Shown here piece after piece: positions 60,585 to 63,311 of a stretch of 63,311 nt of DNA. The stretch comes from Octopus bimaculoides. Its lineage: Eukaryota. The stretch is taken from positions 90,164,688 to 90,227,998 of the forward strand of contig NC_068988.1 of assembly GCF_001194135.2 (NCBI RefSeq), given 5' to 3'. Position numbers and translations under genes: made by a program. The notes beneath the pieces are model-generated. The model was not told where the DNA came from. It was given only the letters and a program-made list of their open reading frames with translations, and ran no database searches. Numbering within the stretch: the stretch's first letter is position 1; every line of letters begins with the position of its first letter.

Positions 60585-61189
60585 TATATTTTATACAAAT
60601 TCATTAGAAAATCAACAAAGGTGCATTACAAACTAGGCCATTGTTAGAAGGAAATAGTTCAGTAACGGTAGATGCTTTCAGAATAAGGGGGTGTTATGTA
60701 AGGACTTCAAAAATGTGTCCTGCTTGAAGCTGGCACACGTTCGCATAAACAAACCAAATGAGTTCTTTAACCCTATACCTCTGCTCTGGGAAGCAGCGGT
60801 CATCGATTATATCGTCAGAAATAAAGAACTTCGAAATATTGACCATTGATCAAATGAGCTTAACCTCAGTAATAGTGTCCACTGGATTTCCAGCAATCTT
60901 TTTAAAAACATGCAAAGAGCCTTTAGCAAATTTTTCGAAATAAATTTTCAATGCCTTGTAGTAGGAAATCCTCAATAATATTATAGGGAGTATGAAATAC
61001 TCTACGTGCTCTTATCATGTAGGGAGATGCACAGCAGGTGCTGAAAACCACAGCATTATCGCCTTACTGACTGAGAAACATGCAGTAGTGTTAGAAATAT
61101 GCAGTAATGAATTATCAAAGAGGAAAACTAACAATATACTACTCAATTGCGAGGGTGGGTTCCGAAACTACGCAATCATTCCAAGGTAG

Positions 61190-61900
61190 ATGTGGTGTCC
61201 CTCGACTTTGCAAATGCTTTTCATAAATGTATTTGTGGAATGGTGGTACCACGGGCTGTGTAGTCTTGAAATTGCTGAGAAATTATGATGGTGATTGTAC
61301 GACTTTTTAAGAGGTTGGAGCCAACGGTGCTCTCTTTCTTTCTCCCTCCCCTTCTCTCTCTTTCTTTGTCTCTCTTACTCTCTCCTCCTCTCTCTATGAA
61401 ATGAAACAATGATTTTGAGTGGATTCCAACCGGGAACTTTCTCGAAGTCATTACTCTCCGTGGAAACTCAGACATTCCCTAAGTTATTTACATAACCACT
61501 TCCACACGATACGTTGAAGGTAGGAAATTTCACTGACAATTAAAAACTGTATGATGTCGCAAATCTACAGCCAAATCTCAATTCAATATCCAAGTGGACT
61601 GAAGAAAATAACATGCAATATGAGGCTGGAAATTTTCAAGTTCTTCGCTTACAGACAAAAGCACTCCACAATCTAGAAAATCAAGACCTTTGAAGGTTGA
61701 AGTTACAGAGTAATATTTAGAGTGACTTGTAAATACATATGAGTAATATGGCATCTTTTCATGTACAAATTACTAAGATAGCAAGGCCGTGCAAATTGAT
61801 GCTGCAATGTCTCCCTAGATAATTGAGTATTAGGGACCAGGCACCATGCTGCGTCTGTTGAGAATATTTGCCCTCGGATGTCTGGGCAACAGTTGACCAC
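61190..61900 (+). mobile_element. Highly decayed CR1-like RT fragment
   Basis: KVDVVSLDFANAFHK (cf. VDVIYLDFSKAFD) and LQPNLNSISKWTEENNMQY..FQVL (cf. LQ.DL..I..W...N.M.F). Confidence 0.45.
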
Positions 61901-62266
61901 ATATTTTCTGTGGAGGTTCTTACATAAATCCAGATGTAGACGCAATGCAATGTTGTCTCAATGTGACGGCGGAAAAATGAAGAGGTTGGAAGCGTGAGAA
62001 ATTCCATCCTTGGGAAGCGTGAAAACTACCCTGGGAAAGCTATGTTAGAATTTTCATATAGAATTTTGAAGAGATAGGAACGTTACTGTCACGACCATCC
62101 GCTTCCTCAACTTCCTCATCTTCCTCTTTCTCATCATCACCATCATCGTCGTCATCAGCGATATCATCATGTCCAACACTTTAATTTCAATTGTAATTCT
62201 AAATTTCGCCGTTGCCTCTATAAGGCAAATATATATTTCATATATCTATCTATTTACCTTCCTCTT

Positions 62267-62319
<53 letters not shown>

Positions 62320-62992
62320 NNNNNNNNNNNNNNNNNNNNNNNNNNNNNNNNNNNNNNNNNNNNNNNNNNNNNNNNNNNNNNNNNNNNNNNNNNNNNNNNN
62401 NNNNNNNNNNNNNNNNNNNNNNNNNNNNNNNNNNNNNNNNNNNNNNNNNNNNNNNNNNNNNNNNNNNNNNNNNNNNNNNNNNNNNNNNNNNNNNNNNNNN
62501 NNTATATATATTAATGGACATTAAGTACAGGACATCACGAACGAATGAAAAATACGTAAACGCACGAAAGAAAAGTTCACAACAAAATACCAAAAGTAGA
62601 TAAATCGCTCATCAGTTGTCGACTTATTACTACCCATTTGGTGCTTTTAATGACAAGATAAGAATCCTTCATAAGACAGCAGCATCCAGAAATATTTATC
62701 CCTTTGGAAATAATCGAAAGATTACAATAGCTGCATAGCAGATCCTTATTGTACTTTCGAGCTAATATAATTACCATGTAAACATCTATGAGGATTCATT
62801 AAGCACTTATGCACTCTTCTATCCTTTGAAGTTTCAGCAATTACCTTTGAACTAATTACACTTTTATAAATGAATTTAAGAAATTACGAATGTAATTGTA
62901 AATTTTAATTGAATTTCCGAATTGATTAGGTCAAATTATCGTTTCATATAATTCAGTAAGTCTACAACTTTCGGTATTTGTATGTATATTTG

Positions 62993-62995
<3 letters not shown>

Positions 62996-63063
<68 letters not shown>
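62996..63063. repeat. (GATA)n microsatellite
   Basis: Directly visible. Confidence 0.95.
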
Positions 63064-63064
<1 letters not shown>

Positions 63065-63311
63065 AAGAAAAATATATACATGTATTCATGCGTACATGTA
63101 TATGTTTATTACTATATATATATATAGACGAATGCATACATAAGTGTGTATGTTTGTTTGTGTGTGCTATGGATGTTTGAAGATCATATATGTAAGTACG
63201 CATGTGCCTGTGTATGTCTATATGTATTTGTGTGTGTGTTTGTGTGTCTACGTGCTTGTGTGTTTGTGTGTATGTGTGTGTTTATGATGAAATATTTATA
63301 TGTTTTTTTCA

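Overview
This is AT-rich eukaryotic (animal) genomic DNA from a fragmented short-read assembly: 18 N-gaps, about 7.3 kb by my count, nearly all bordered by microsatellites. The SINE families, microsatellite load and TE mix look like a coleoid cephalopod, most likely Octopus (inference from recalled SINE sequences, not a database search). I recognise no host protein-coding gene, rRNA, true tRNA gene or CRISPR array. Almost all ORFs in the supplied track are artefacts of N-runs or di/tri/tetranucleotide repeats. Well-supported content is decayed mobile DNA: a Tc1 DD34E transposase fragment (17.1-17.7 kb), a mariner copy (39.2-40.4 kb) with a related MITE and a solo end, an L1/Tx1-clade LINE (22.3-23.5 kb), CR1-like LINEs (44.1-45.7 kb minus; 61.2-61.9 kb plus), an RTE LINE 3' end (57.6-58.2 kb), an R4/Dong-like 3' end (first 380 bp), a hAT-like MITE and more than 20 SINE copies. 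Best leads: (1) three distinct minimal hammerhead-ribozyme motifs with palindromic helix III, of the type known from Penelope-like elements; (2) a roughly 65-bp purine/pyrimidine inverted repeat at 59.3-59.5 kb; (3) a CR1-like LINE flanked on both sides by (GATA)n; (4) a tandem SINE dimer and a full-length SINE with target-site duplications; (5) unassigned coding-like blocks; (6) speculative, frame-compatible chains of small exons on both strands, which need RNA-seq and may be chance. I found no clearly new biological system.
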